Source of the DNA: Mobula birostris
Lineage: Eukaryota
DNA length: 64,000 nucleotides
Direction of reading: 5' to 3'
Assembly: GCF_030028105.1 (NCBI RefSeq)
Contig: NC_092372.1
Coordinates: 156,618,058 to 156,682,057 of the forward strand
The notes below the pieces were generated by a model that had not been told where the DNA came from, did not search any database, and saw nothing but the letters and a program-made list of their open reading frames with translations. The position numbers and the translations under genes were made by a program. Below are positions 50,740 through 64,000 of the stretch, piece after piece. Each line of letters begins with the position of its first letter. Position 1 is the first letter of the stretch.

Positions 50740-51975
50740 GCTCCAAAGTCTACCAGATAAAAATAGAGGAAAAATATTTAATAAAGGACCTCACTCATCT
50801 ACATCTCCACAGAAAGATGTCCACTTTGGTATTTCTGGGACCTTATTCTCTCACGAGTTATTTTTTTCTCGAGAGTGAGTGGATGTTGTTTTACTGGGAT
50901 TTTCAGAAGGCCTTTGACAAGGTGTCGCCCATTTGGCTGCCAAACAAGATAAGAGCCCATTGTATTACAGGAAAGATATGAACTATCATAGATAGAAGAT
51001 TGGATGACTGGTAGGAGGCAAAGAATGAATGATTCAGTTAGTCCTGATGAAGGGTCTTGGCCCGAAACGTCAACTGTACCTCTTCCCAGAGATGCTGCCT
51101 GGCCTGCTGCGTTCACCAGCAACTTTGATGTGTGTTGCTTGAATTTCCAGTATCTGCAGATTTCCTCGTGTTTGCGAATGAATAAGGGGGGTCTTTTCTA
51201 GTTGGCTGTTGGTGTGTGTTCAATAGATATCAGTATTGGGTCCGTTACTTCTCATGTTACATGTTAACAATGTGAATGACAGTATTGATAGCTCTGTGGC
51301 TAAGATACAAAATTAGGTGAAGGAGCAGGTAGTGTTGAGGAAGCAGGGAGTCTGCAGAAGAACTTTGATGGATTTGAAGAATGCGCAACTAAATGGCAAC
51401 TGGAATACAGTGTAGGGAAGTGTATGGTCATGTACTTGGGTAGAAGGAATAAAGGCATGGACTATTTTCTAAATGGGGAACAAATTCAGAAAGCAGAGGT
51501 ACTAAAGATTTCCTAAAGATTAACTTGTAGGTTGAGTCAGTTGTCAGAAAGGCAAAGGTAATATTAGTATTCATTTTAAGAAAGCTAGAATATAAAAACA
51601 AAAACAACAGGAATTCTGCAGATGCTGGAAATTCAAGCAACACACATCAAAGTTGCTGGTGAACGCAGCAGGCCAGGCAGCAAACAACAGGAAAACAAGG
51701 ATGTAACATTGAAGTTTTATGAGACATTTGGATTATTGTGAGCAGAAAGGACATGTTGGCATTCGAGAGGGTCCAGAAGAGGTTTACAAGAATAATCCTG
51801 GGAATGAAAAAGCTCACATCTGAGGAGCATTTGATGGTTCTGAGTCTGTACTTGCTGGAGTTCAGAAGAATTAGGAAGGATCTTATTGAAACATGCTGAA
51901 CATTGAAAGGCCTAGATAACGTGGACATGGAGAGGAGTTTATGAATCTAGGAATAGAGAGCGCATCTTCAGAATG
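50740..51975 (+). mobile_element. CR1 LINE, degraded, with two Penelope-derived insertions
   Basis: DFQKAFDKV and downstream CR1 motifs; inserts at 51031-51175 and about 51602-51692. Confidence 0.75.
51031..51175 (+). mobile_element. About 145-bp hammerhead-containing Penelope-derived element
   Basis: 8-bp TSD gaatgaat (51023-51030 and 51176-51183). Hammerhead core AGTC-CTGATGA-AGGGTCTTGGCCC-GAAAC-GTC at 51040-51071. Confidence 0.85.
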
Positions 51976-52149
51976 GAAGATCATATAATTAACCATCTTA
52001 GCTCTTTGTCTATTCCCTTTTCTAAAAAAAATTATTGGCCATTTCATTATGTAATTCATGGACAAAGAGACGCCGGTCAGCAGAAAACAAACTGCACACA
52101 TCGTAACAGTATACAATGACATTAAACTGTGAAACATTCTATCTATTAT

Positions 52150-55120
52150 TGAACTAATTCAGCCACTTTCTGAGTTCTATAAGTCAGCTGTCAGGCACCT
52201 CTGTGTCTCTACCCAGCTTACAGGAGCCTTCGCATTCTAAACACTCTGCGGGGCTCAGGTCTTCACCAAACTGGGTCTACAAAGCGTGTCTGCACCCACC
52301 GGGGAGATGTGTGGAAGTTGCCGTTTATAACACCTACTGGCCATTCCAATAGTCCAACCATTTTCCAAGCCTTCAGTAACAAAATCATCCGAGATGTGCT
52401 ACACGGGTATGGGTTCATCTTCTTCAAAGATGTCCTCATCTTCTCCAAAGACCCCAAGACTACATCTGTCATGTCTGTTCAGTCATTCAGAATCTCCTTA
52501 AAACCAACTGTACTGCAAGTTAGAAAAATGCCAGTTCTGAATCCCAGTCATTTCCTTCCTGGGTTACATCCTTTCACTCCAAGGCATAACTATGGACCCA
52601 GAAACTGTGCACATTTGTTGAATGGCCCCAACCACGCTCCCTCAAACAGCTGCAGTGCTTCTTGGACTTATTCAACTTCTGCCACTGTTTCATCTGAAAC
52701 TACAGCCAAATCGCCACTCCCTGCACTCCCTCACCAAGTTACCTCTCTCACAGATAACCTGGTCTGCTGCTGAGGAGCACTTTCAAGGACCTCAAGAGCT
52801 GCTTCGCCACCACTCCCATACTCCACCATAAAAACCTTCCACAAAGGTTGTGGTAGAGGACGTATCTGGTGTGGGTGCCAAGGCCACCCTATCTCAGTGA
52901 GGACCGAAGAGAAGGAGATCCTTATACCTTCTTCTTGTGCAAGTTTTACTTTATACAGCACCATTATAGAGTAGGAGACAGGAAGCTACATGCATTAAAT
53001 GGTTCTTGGAGGAATGGAGACATTTGCTGATGGGAAACACCATCCTCCCAGATCACAAACAAGGGATGGTCTGCAGATGCTGGAAATCTGAGCTATACAC
53101 ACAAACTGCTGGAGGAACTCAGCAGGCCAGGCAGCATCTAGGAAAAGAGTACAGTCGATGTTTTGGGCCGAAACTCTTTGGCAGGACTCCCAGGTCCTTG
53201 CTCCAATCATCTGGGACCTTGAGAACCAGAACCGCCAGGACCTACAGAACGAGCCTGCTCTGGTATCCTTGACAACCGCATGTATGTGCCAGTGGCCTCA
53301 TGCTCTGCGGCATCCCACTCAGCCCACTTTCTACCCCTCTCTGACCATCCAGCATACAACAGACTCTGGATCTTCTGCAGTGCCAGTTCTGGTGGCCCAC
53401 CATGATCACAGATGTACAGTTCATCACTGCCTGCCCTCAATGTGCCCAGTCCTATTCCACCAACCAACAGTCCCTTGATGTCTGTGGTCCCACTTTACCA
53501 TGGATTGCAACACAGGGTTGCCAAGTTCCAACCGGGCCATAGTGATCATGACAGTGGTGAACTAATTCTCCAAGGTGGTCCACTTCATTGCCTTTCCCAA
53601 ATATCTGTCAGCAGCTGAGACAGTGAACCTCCTTGTAGTTTGCCTCCATGGTTTCCCTCAGGTTATTGTGACGGACTGGGGTGCGCAATTTGACTCCCGC
53701 CTCTGTTGAGCCTTCTGTTCCTTCCTCAGCACCTCAATGAGTTTGTCTTCTGGCTGTCATCCATTGACCAATGGGAAGTCAGAGAGAGCCAATCAGCAAA
53801 TGGAGAAGTTTCTGTGTTGCTTCGCTGCCTCCAACCCTTCCACATGGAAGGAGTATCTACTCTGGGCTGAGCTGTCCCACAATTTACACACCTCTCCTAC
53901 AGGTATGTCATCGTTTGAAGTGTTTCATAGTTACCAGCCCCTGTTGTTCCCCGTGGAGGAGCTAACGGTGGACGTCCCATCTACCATGGTGCTGGTTTGC
54001 TGCTGCTTGGAACAGGCTACAGAGGGTCATCCTAGGTGCCAGGCATGCCTACTGCCGCCAGGCCAACCGCTGTTGGTGCCCAACCAGACTATTCCGGCCT
54101 GGAGACGGTGTCTGGCTGTCCACTTGAGATCTACCACTGTGCACTGACTCAAGGAATCTCTTGCTCCAGTTCACTGATTCCATCAAGACTACCCATCAGG
54201 CCAATCCAGTCACTTACCCTCTCCAGCTGCCACTGTCCCTCGGGACCGCACCTATCTTCCACGTTCCTGCCTCAAGCCCAATATCCATGGACCACTCAAC
54301 CCAACTGAGCCTGCACCTCATGAACCTAGGATGGTGGAAGGTGATCCAGTGTACTTGGTCCACTGGTTGATGGATTCTTACTGTCATGAATGGAGTGTGT
54401 AGTACCTGGTCGACTGGAAAGGGTAAGGCCCAGACAAGAGGTCCTTGGTGCCATCCTGTTCCATCTTGGATCCATCACTCATTGAGGAGCTCCACCATTC
54501 CCTTCGATATCACCCTGGACCATCAGGTGCCAGTCAGAGTTGGGGGTGGGGTAGTGATGCATCCTACCAGGCCTGCTCAAGCAGGCACCTCCCAATCTCC
54601 ATCCAGCTAACAGGAATCGACTGCCACTCACTTCCAGCTCATCACCTACAGCTTTCTTAAACCTACAGGAATGTGAAAAAGTCTTAGGCACATATTTATA
54701 ACTAGGATGCCTAAGGCATTTGCCCAGTACTGCATATTATGTCTTTCCGGTTACCAAATAATATTTAATACTACTGAGCTAATACTTTTATTTCTGTTTC
54801 CCATCCATCTTCCTATTTTAGCCAAAGAACAGCGCTGTGCAAAGGTCTTAAACAACCTAGCTATATCTATGTGCTCAAGACTTTTGTGCAGTACTGTAAC
54901 TCTCAGCCACAGCTCTTGTTCACTCATTGAATTAGTCAGCCTCAGTCAGTTGCTCTCAGCCTTCATTTACTTTGTTGCTTGTTTGTTTAGTATCTGCTCT
55001 CTCTTCTTTTCTGGCCCCTTGTGGCTTGTTCTTTGCAGTTTATTATTAAAATTGTTGTTCACTTCGTCTCCGTTGCACTGTGTTTGTGTCAAGCCTCCTG
55101 TACATTTACTGTCATCATCA
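52150..55120 (+). mobile_element. Decayed chromovirus (Tf1/sushi-group Gypsy) with 3' LTR
   Basis: Remnants FITPTGH..NSPTIFQAF and LSSGCHPLTNGKSERANQ; chromodomain-like YLVDWKG.GP..SLVP..ILDPSLIEE; purine tract followed by an LTR TGATG...CATCA at 54555-55120. Confidence 0.75.
53052..53186 (-). mobile_element. Penelope-derived short element (decayed hammerhead)
   Basis: 7-bp TSD ctcccag (53045-53051 and 53187-53193); the element begins at the hammerhead stem I. Confidence 0.75.
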
Positions 55121-55539
55121 ACTACACGTCATTGACAAGTTTTAAAAAAAGGCAAAATTGGGTATTATGCAAGGCTGGGTAGATGGCTGTCACTAATATT
55201 GATTTAAGAGAAAAGGTTATGGTGGAAAAGAGTAGAGGATCTTTTGCAGTGCTCGAAAGGCAATCCCAATGCCCAGAGAGTGATGGATCCAATAGAGACT
55301 GTATCACTTGGAAGATCTCACATTCTATTTTTTATCAGAGCAAAAAATAAAGAATCAAAAAGTACACAGAAGAAGATCATTAGGCCCATGGCCCCATTAT
55401 TTGGGGTAGAAATGCCTCTTCAGATTGTTCTACTTCTCCACACTCATTTGATTTCCTTACACGTTACTTTGAGTGTCATCCTGATGCTTGCTGGATTTTC
55501 TCATGTATTTTTTTGTTTTCAGCACCCTTTCACACAGTG

Positions 55540-56250
55540 AAACCTGAAACATACTTTTCAATCAGTGAAAAAAAGCCTAAATACTCCTCTGACGCTCCTG
55601 CCAAGTACCTCAAATTTGTGTTGCTTAGTTATAAACCACTGTGGAAAAGAGGTCGCGTTTATCCTGCATAGGCCTCTTAATTATATGACTTGCAGTTAAT
55701 TCTCTGACATTTTGCCAACTTTCTATTATTGTAGTAGCAAACTGAACATGGTGCAAGCTGTGTTTTTATACAATTCTAGCATGGCAGCTTCAATTTTCCA
55801 ACCAATAAGAGCATAACCATAACCAACTTAGCTGCTATTCCAATTCATTCATGGATCTGTAGATACATCCCTCTGTTCCTCTACGCTGTTCAGTATCACT
55901 TACCACTTTAGGCATTACTTCATTCTTCCAATTCCCATGTTTTCTTTGCCCAGATGGGCAGTTCATTGATTTTTTCCTAAAGTTTATAATTCTTTTCTTA
56001 TCATTATCACTCCTGCTGATTTTGGTCTCCTTTACAGTTGGGTTATGCATAGGCCCCACATTAAAGTCCAGAACATTGATGTATACCTTAAAAAGCATGT
56101 GACTCATCAAGGAGCCCCATGGAACACTGGTGTATAACTACCTTCTGGTCACTAAAACTTACAACCACCTTTGCTCTCTGGCAGAGAGCTCATCTTAGAT
56201 CCAATCTTCTACTTTACCTTTGATTTAGTGGGCCTTACTCTTCTGCCACA
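55540..56250 (-). mobile_element. Very old CR1 fragment
   Basis: Faint VFHGAP..LFKVYINVLD motif on the minus strand. Confidence 0.45.
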
Positions 56251-56279
56251 TAGACTGTGACAAACACATCACTAACATC

Positions 56280-56943
56280 TGTGGGGTTCTTTCCTTTTGT
56301 TTTTTGGGGATGGGAATATTATCACTAGTAAGAGGCACGGAGAGCTCTTGTACATCCTGATTTGATGGAGGCACATGTGAGAAGCACGGAGGAACATCTG
56401 GTGAAACTTCTGAAATGTCTGTTTTGCTGCTGCTGCTACTGTGCGATCCAGAATCTCCAAAGGGGAAGGCCCCGAGTCCTCGGCTTTGCTTGTTGCTCGG
56501 CGGCCGGGGGCGGGGTCGAAGCGCTCGCCAGAGATGGTTCTCAGTGTCGGAGGGCTGGTCGGAGGCTCGAAGTTTTCAGACGGACTCAGAGTCGGACTGT
56601 GGTCGGGTGCTTCCAGGGTGCTGCATCGGCAAGTTTGCGGCGCTGGAGGTTCATGGCAGGGAGGGTTTCTCCCTTCTACCGTCTGCGTGAGATGATGGGC
56701 TATCGGGACTTTGAGACTTTTTTTTACTGTGCCTATGGTCTGCTCTTTATCAAATTAGGGTATTGCTTTGCACTGTTGTAACTATATGTTATATTTATGT
56801 GTTTTTTGTCAGTTTTGGTAATGGTCTGTCTTGTGTTTCTGTGATATCATACTGGAGGAACAGTGTTTCATTTCTTAATGCAAGCATTTCTAAATGACAA
56901 TAAATGAGGACTGAGTGTCCTCATAATCTAATAATCTAATCTG
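56280..56943 (+). mobile_element. Non-autonomous non-LTR element with a Rex-type tail
   Basis: GC/CpG-rich body, T-rich 3' region, caataaa and an (aatct)n tail. Confidence 0.5.
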
Positions 56944-56949
56944 TTTCCG

Positions 56950-58700
56950 GGATTGAAGTTCCAGTTGGGTAGGAGGCATGAGGGCTGGTGATCTCCTTGG
57001 TATGTCAATCAGCGAGACTGGAGTTCTAGACCTGGTGTTCAGGGCCCCGTCATCAGCGTGTCTGGAGCTTGAGGCCTAGAGTTCAGGGTCTTCATTTGCT
57101 GTCACTGGCGAGCTGGTCGATCGGAAGTTTGTGGAAGCCTGGGTCTTGAGATCTCTGTGAGTCCACTGGGGTAATTGAAGCCCAATGTCTGTGAATCCCT
57201 GAGTCTGCTGGAGGCTGAAGGCGACCTGTCTTGTACGTGCATTGGTGGGTGGGTGAGTAAGAGCGAGGAATGGAGCTTGTTTTGTTGCTTGTTGTGTTCA
57301 GTGTTCTGCCAAGCACCGTGGGCATGTTGGTGCCAGAATGTGTGGCGACACTTGCAGGTTGCCCCCAGCACATCATTAGGTTGTGTTGGCTGTTGACACA
57401 AATGTTGCATGTCACTGTATGTTTCAACATACCTTTGATAAACAAATGCATCTGAATCCTGATCCACCCTCCCCATGTACAGGGTGTATCACGTGCGAAC
57501 ACTTGCTTAGTGATTTCAAAATTGGATGGCACTGGCTGTTGCATCAACTGAGTTTTTTTCTCAAGTCCTGGGATTATTTGTTTGGGACTCAGAAACAGTG
57601 GCAGGAGTTTTGAACCTTTTGAAGAAAAATGCCTGCTTTGTGATGGTATGCTATGATCATGGGTTGTTTTAAGGATTTCAATCAAGTAGTTGCTTTCTTG
57701 TCTATGAGGTTATCATGTTTCTCAAGAGCTGCTTTTCAGGGCATAGATTTAAATTTCATTTATTTTTCAACATTTACTTTCTTGTTTTCCTTGGCATTGT
57801 CTCACTAACAGAGGTCTTGGTCTCTGGACGATGTTGAAAGGTGGTGGAAGATGGGTAAGCTGCACCAAACAGGTGATACCAGCTTTAGATGTGGTGTTAC
57901 CATATTAACATAAAAATAATCAGATTATTATTCTGATGAATTTCTCACAGCACGAAGATTGCTGATGATTTTCTTTGTAACTTGAATAATTTTCTTTCTG
58001 TTGCCAGTGGCCAGTGATTTCAGATTTAGGTTAAGATTCAGATTTATTTATCACATGAACGTCGAACCATGCAGTGAAATGTGTTGTCTGTGCTGACAGC
58101 TAACACAACAGAAGGATGTGCTGGGGCAGCCCTCAAGTGCCACCAGACACTCTGTCACCAGCACAGTACGCCTAGCGTGTTCAGCAGAACAGCACAAGCA
58201 ACAATAACAACAACACAACAAGCCCCTTTCCCATCCACACACACAGACAGGGCCCCAACTCCATGACAGGCTGCCTCCGGGTCTCTGACCACCAGTCCTT
58301 GGCCTTGGACTCACAAGTCCGGACTTGCAGATGTCCAACCTGTGGACATGCCAACCCAGAGGCTTCACTCTTTGGGCCTTGACCTCGAAAACTCGTCAGA
58401 TTCTGTCTTCAACCTCTGGACTCACTGATCCCCGGACCTCAACTTCCAGGCTTCGCCAACCACTTGGTACTGACCCCAGGACTCACTGATCACGAGACTT
58501 TGACCTTTGGGTCTCAACCTCTAGACTCATGTAGACCTTGATCCTGGGACTCACTGGCCTCGGTTGGAAGGGGTGTTGCTGCCCATCAAGCCTCCTGCCC
58601 ACATGGACATCCAACCCTGGGATTTGCTGATATGGGATGTCACTAGCCTTCAATCCCGGGGCCCATCAACTTCAGTCATTGACTTCGGTCCCAAACGTAC
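56950..58700. repeat. Two related Rex-tailed repeats in inverted orientation (about 56950-57460 + and 58030-58700 -)
   Basis: 57280-57460 resembles the reverse complement of 58030-58220 (gtggcgacacttg..ccccagcacatc..ctgaatc). Confidence 0.55.
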
Positions 58701-59569
58701 TGAAGTCTTAACTCTTGAACGGTGGTCTGTTGTCTATCTTTACTCTTCACAGAATGCCAATTAGTGCTAAAATGAAGTTAAGCCTTGGGATATTGGCTTT
58801 CCCAGACGTACGATTTTCAACCTCTACAACTGGGAATGCAACATAATTATTGGCATTTAGAAGCAAATAATTGTCAGAGTGTAGATTATTACTGAGAAAC
58901 CAATCCTAATATTAACTCATAGTCTATTGGTAGCTCTGATATTTGTATCAGTTCTTGGAGGTTTGGCATCATGGTAGCTTACCATTTTAGACAAATGTTG
59001 ATTTATTGTTTAACAAGATTATCTATTCCTAGAAACCAAACCTTTTCTTGGCACCAGACCTTGCTTAGCTTTCACAATCCTTTGTTTATGTGGACAATGT
59101 GTATTACTTAGTTAGTGACTGCAAATTGACAGTGAAACTTCAAAAAGGTGGTTTAGAAATTATGCTTTTAAGAGAACACTATTCCATCTAAGTGAAATAA
59201 AAGAAAACCAAGGTAAAAAATTGAGAAGTTTTTAGGCCAAAGAACTGCATGGTGGCATTTCTCCATGGTGATGTATGAAACAAGGTTAGGTGTTAAGAGC
59301 TTGTCACTTTCTGCTTTCAGCCATGTAACCCACCAAGATATCTTGTGTTACCTAGCTACGAAGGAGGAGAAAATTAAAAAACGAGTCAGGAAAAATTGCA
59401 GGAACTCCTGTAATGTATTGACAATGGTCTGCATTCAGGCCCTCTGATTACCATTAAGCTCCAGAAAGGATGAAATCATAATAATTTACAGAAGGAAATC
59501 TACATAAACATTGCTAATACAAATCTAATAAAACTTGATTTTATGGATGAATTCTTATGAATGTAGAAC

Positions 59570-59930
59570 TTAAGTGCAGGTAGGCCACACATCCAATCAA
59601 GCAGAGTCAGCCATCGTAGATGATCTGATTGTCATCTTATTTCCACTTTCCTGTCTATTGCCAGAAACTTTCACCCTTACTTATTAAGAGTCTATCTAAC
59701 TCTGCCTTAAAAATACTCAAAGCCTCTGCTTCCACCATCCATTGAAAATTCATGATATATAAAAGAGAAAAGAACACTCCATCTTTGTATGAAATTGGTG
59801 ATCTGTTAGTTTTAAACTCTTCACATCCATTGGAAGAAAATCCACTTAAAAGTAACACTGTCAAGATAATTACGAATCTTTTCTGTTTAATCTAGTTGTG
59901 TCTTAGTCTTCTAAACTTAAGCAGACAAGA
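59570..59930 (-). mobile_element. Degraded CR1 3' fragment
   Basis: VEAEALSIFKAELDRLLISKG. Confidence 0.6.
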
Positions 59931-61554
59931 TACCCACATACAATGATACATTTTTCCCCTCTTCCCAACCCACATTTTTAAAAATTTCAGTAATGTGCTA
60001 GGACTGAAAAGAAATTGATAATCGGCACACCTGGCTTGTTCTTGCCCGCTTCCCTGATGACTAGTTTCTGGAGTAGATTACTTCTGATTGTAAATGTCTT
60101 GTGAATGTAGACAGCTGAAATCATTGTGAAAGATGATGAGGTTAGCAGTAATGACAGCTGATAAATTTAGTCAATTATGAAAAAAGCTGCAGAGTCACCA
60201 AGGTGGACGAAGTTAGAAAGATCAAAATACAGTGAGAAAATAAAAGCTATGAAATGGTGGGATAAGCAACAAAGTGAAATAACAATATTTCACTGGGTTT
60301 TATATCAGAAAGATAATTTGCAAACTTGCAAACTTGATGTAGATCGTTCTCCTTCACTCTAATCTGGATCGCCATTGCTTGTCACATCTGCACAATGCTG
60401 GAAGGGGAAGGCAACGCCATTTCCCTCCTACTCCTTTTCCTTACCATAACACACCAGTGATGGCTAGAACATGTTCATTTACCATGGTCTCTCCTACTTG
60501 TCGAACACCAAATCTTTGCCACTGCCTTCAATAAAATGTTTTCTTCTGCACTTAATTGCCATCCCAGTGCAACTGGTTGAATTTTTATAATGCATTTTGT
60601 TGAACTTTCACTTGCTGGGAGCCCACCCTGCGTGAACTGTAAGCAGCAATCTAACGCTGATAGTTTGCGCTGAGGCATACTGCATCCCCTCCCTGCTCAC
60701 CTCTGACTCCATCCACACTAATTAACAGCCCTTAACTACAAATCAACAGGACCAATTGACTTAGAGGAGGGGAATATGGCCCATGTCTCTTGTGTTGAAT
60801 GAATCACTGAAATACTGCAGGACTACTCCCTTTCTGAGCCTGCACAACATTTTTGGAACAGTTTGCCAGGTGTACTATTTTAAATTCCAGTGACTGCAGT
60901 GGATTATGGTTTTGTTATTTGCATACAATCATTTCTATTAACAGCATTTAGCATTGTGCAGAATTTAAAGGATTCTCTGTTCGTGGATTTGGTAGATCCA
61001 ATTTTGGTGGTTTAATTTCATTGGTCTTATGTTGTCTATCTATTTTATTTCACATATATCGCAAAATTGTAGAGGGTAGGACAAGTGTTGTATCTCAATG
61101 GGAGGTTGAATTCTCAAGTCTAACCTCCTTTAACAGCTTTGGTGGGTTTGTCCTGTACATGGTATGTGTGAGGGAGCAAGATCATGACAATGAAGTCATT
61201 ACTGGGTAAATCATTTTTCTACCTTTGGAGGTTCTATTAAATATAGAGTATGCACTGCTGTTGAAACTGGACTAATGAGTACCCCTGTAAATCGTACTTT
61301 ATTCGGACCAAAGAGTGTTACTGAAATTTGGCCTTAGAAGAATACCATTATTATTCAATGAAAGTTTTTTTTGGCTACTTGAGTTTCTTTGGTGAGATGG
61401 ATGAAATGAATCTTCTGTTGAATTTTAATTAGCTTTTCATAGTTAGCCAGCTCTTGCAAGTTTACCTAATTCCTTCCAAGTAAGAAGACTTAGATGTTTT
61501 AAATTCAGGCGGCATTAAAACCAACAGAAGAATGCTGGAACAAACAGTGATACA

Positions 61555-64000
61555 GAATCAGAATCAGAATTGGTTTAATGTCATCGACATATGGCATGAA
61601 ATTTCTTGTTTTTGTGGTAGCATGTTAATAGAGGAAAAACTATGAATTACAGTAAATATATATATAAAGTAATTAAATTTTAAAAAAGTAGTGCAAAACT
61701 TTAAAAAGAAGTAGTGAAGTAGTGTTCATGGGTTCATTATCCACTCAGAAATTGGATGGCAGAGGGGAAGAAGCTGTTCCTGAATAGTTGAGTGTATGTC
61801 TTCAGGCTCCTGTACCTCCTTCCTGATGGTAGCAATGAGAACAGGACATAGGTGATGTGGTTCTTAATGATGGATGCTACCTCTGTGAGGCATCGTTCCC
61901 CGAAGATGTTCTGGAAACTATGGAGGCTAGTTCCCATGATGGAGCTGACTGAGTTTACAACTCTCTGCAGCTTATTTCGATTCTGTGCACCCAACACCCA
62001 CCACGCCCTCCCCATACTAGACAGTGATGCAGCCTGTCAAAATGCTTTCCAAGGTACATCTGTAGAAATTTGTGAGTGTCTTGGGCGACAAACCAAATCT
62101 TTTCAAACTTCTAATGAAATAGAGCTGCTGGTGTGCCTTTTTTGTAGTTGCATCAATACATTGGGCCCAGGATAGATCCTCAGAGATGATGACATCCAGG
62201 AACTTGAAATTGCTCACTTTTTCTACTTCTGATCCCTCTATAATTGGCTGGTGTGTGTTCCCTTGTCTTACCCTTTCTGAAGTCCACAATCTGCTCTTTG
62301 GTCTTACTGACGTTGAATGCAAGGTTGTTGCTGTGACACCACTCAACTAGCTGATATATCTCACTTCTATGGATCCTCTCGTCACTATCTGAAATACTGT
62401 CAACGTTAGTTGTGTCATTAGCAAATTTATAGATGGAATTTGAGCTGTGCCTAGCCACATAGTCATGGGTGTAGAGAGAGTAGAGCAGTGGGCTAAGCAC
62501 ACATCCCTGAGGTGTGCCAGTGTTGACTGTCAGGATTTTATTACCAAGCTTCATAGGTTGTGGTCTTCCTGATTAGGAAGTTGGGGATCCAGTTGCAGAG
62601 GGAGGTACAGAGGCCCAGGTTTTGGAGCTTTTCGATCAGCACTGTAGGAGTGTTTGTGTTAAATGCTGATCTGTAGTCAATAAACGGTATCCTGACATAA
62701 GTATTTGTATTGTCCAGGTGATTCAAGGCCGCGTGGAAAACCAATGAGATCACGACTGCTGTAGACCTATTTTGGCGATAGGCAAATTGCAGTGGGTCCA
62801 GGTCCTTGCTGAGACAGAAGTTAGTTCTAGCCATAATCAAGTTCTCAAAGCACTTCATCACCGTATATCTGAGTGCTACTGGATGATAGTCATCGAAGCA
62901 CGAGGATGATTCCAGGAATGAAGGGGTTAATATTGGAGAAGTGTTTGGCAGCTTTGTGCCTGTACTCACTGGAAATTAGAAGAATATGTGGGGATCTCAT
63001 TGAAACCTATCAAATGCTAAAAGGACTAGATAAGGTGGATGTGGAGAGGGTGTTTCCACTGGTGGGGGTATCCAGAACTAGAGGGCACAGCCTCAAAATT
63101 GAGGGGTGACTTTTTAAAACAGAAGTAAGGAGGAATGATTTTGACTGGAGTGGTGAATCTGTGGAATGCTGTACCACAGACTATGGAGGCCAAGTCCATG
63201 GGTATGTTCAAAGCGGAAGTTAATAGATTCCTGATTAGTCGAGGCATCAAAGAATATGGTGAGAGGGCAGGTGTATGGGGTTGAATGGGATTCGGGATCA
63301 GCCATGGTGAAATGGCAGAGCAGACTCGATGGGCTGAATGGCCTAATTCTGCTCTAATGTCTTATGGTCTAAGGCAGCCCACCCTACACTTCTTGGGCAC
63401 TGGTATGATGGTTGCCCTTTTGAAGCAGGTGGAAACTTCCAGCTGTAGCAATGAGAGTTTGATAATGTGTTTGAACATACCCGCCAATTGATTGGCACAA
63501 GTTTTCAGAGCACTACTAGGTACTCTATTGGGGCCTGTCACCTTGCGAGTGTTCACCATCTTAAAAGACAGTGTGACGTTAGCCTCTGAGACAGAGATTA
63601 CAAGGTCACCGGATGCTGTAGGGAACCTCATAGCTGTAGTTTTATTCTCCATTTCAAAGTGAACAAAAATGGTGTTGAGTTTATCTGGGAGTGAAGCATA
63701 ATAGCCATTCATAATATTGGGTTTTGCTTTGTAGGAAGTAACAGCTTGCAAATCCTGCCAGGGTTGACGTGCATCCAATTCTGCCTCCAACCTCATTCAG
63801 AATCGTTTCTTTGCTCTTGAGATAGCCCTCTGTAATTTGTACCTGGTTTTCTTCTATACTCCTTGGTCGTCAGACTTAAATGGCATAGATCTAGCCCTCA
63901 GCAGATCGTGAACCTCCTAGTTCACTTATGGCTTTTGATTTGGGTACGTACGGTATGTTCTCACAGGCACACACTCATCTGCGCAAGTTTTAATGAAGTC
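61555..64000 (-). mobile_element. Rex1/Babar LINE (long copy running off the window), split by a CR1 insertion
   Basis: [56 protein letters not shown] and FRNSFFPSAI; (gaatca)n tail. Confidence 0.9.
62898..63370 (+). mobile_element. CR1 LINE 3' fragment inside the Rex element
   Basis: TRMIPGMKGL..GDLIETY..RTRGHSLKI, with a gaatggcctaattctgct..tcttatggtct tail. Confidence 0.85.

Noticed and set aside
60300-60700. Minus-strand exon candidate (ORF 60475-60678 with gtaaat/gtaagg donors)
   Set aside because: The peptide is unrecognisable, no compatible partner exon was found, and the sequence loosely resembles an old RTE-like repeat.
1-64000. Prokaryotic systems (operons, CRISPR, defence islands, rRNA or tRNA genes)
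   Set aside because: Coding density is very low and vertebrate TEs occur throughout. No repeat-spacer arrays or full RNA genes were seen.

Overview
This is eukaryotic (vertebrate) DNA, not prokaryotic. The repeat content (CR1 and Rex1/Babar LINEs, a V-SINE, Penelope-like elements, hAT and Tigger transposons) suggests a cartilaginous fish, probably a ray or shark; that is an inference. Most of the window is layered transposable-element debris, and most ORFs in the supplied track are noise or TE fragments. Main structures: (1) the 3' exons of an unidentified + strand host gene, invisible to the ORF track (about 31281-44003, ending ...TLKITML*); (2) two decayed endogenous retroviruses side by side on the - strand, one class III ERV-S/ERV-L-like with a Ser-type PBS (about 13680-21090) and one loki/spuma-like with a perfect tRNA-Leu PBS (about 21490-28626); (3) a Mag-type Gypsy element (32854-41291) containing a younger antisense Gypsy element (35936-40298); (4) Penelope-derived mini-elements carrying minimal hammerhead ribozymes; (5) nested hAT elements and MITEs, an R4/Dong LINE, several solo LTRs and a chromovirus remnant. 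The most unusual signal is the inner Gypsy element. It has no tRNA primer-binding site. Instead it has a 16-nt perfect complement of its own LTR poly(A)-signal segment, suggesting self-priming and/or poly(A) occlusion, and its RT motif reads YLDN. All family calls come from motifs read by eye; no database searches were run, and coordinates without TSD or TIR support are approximate.
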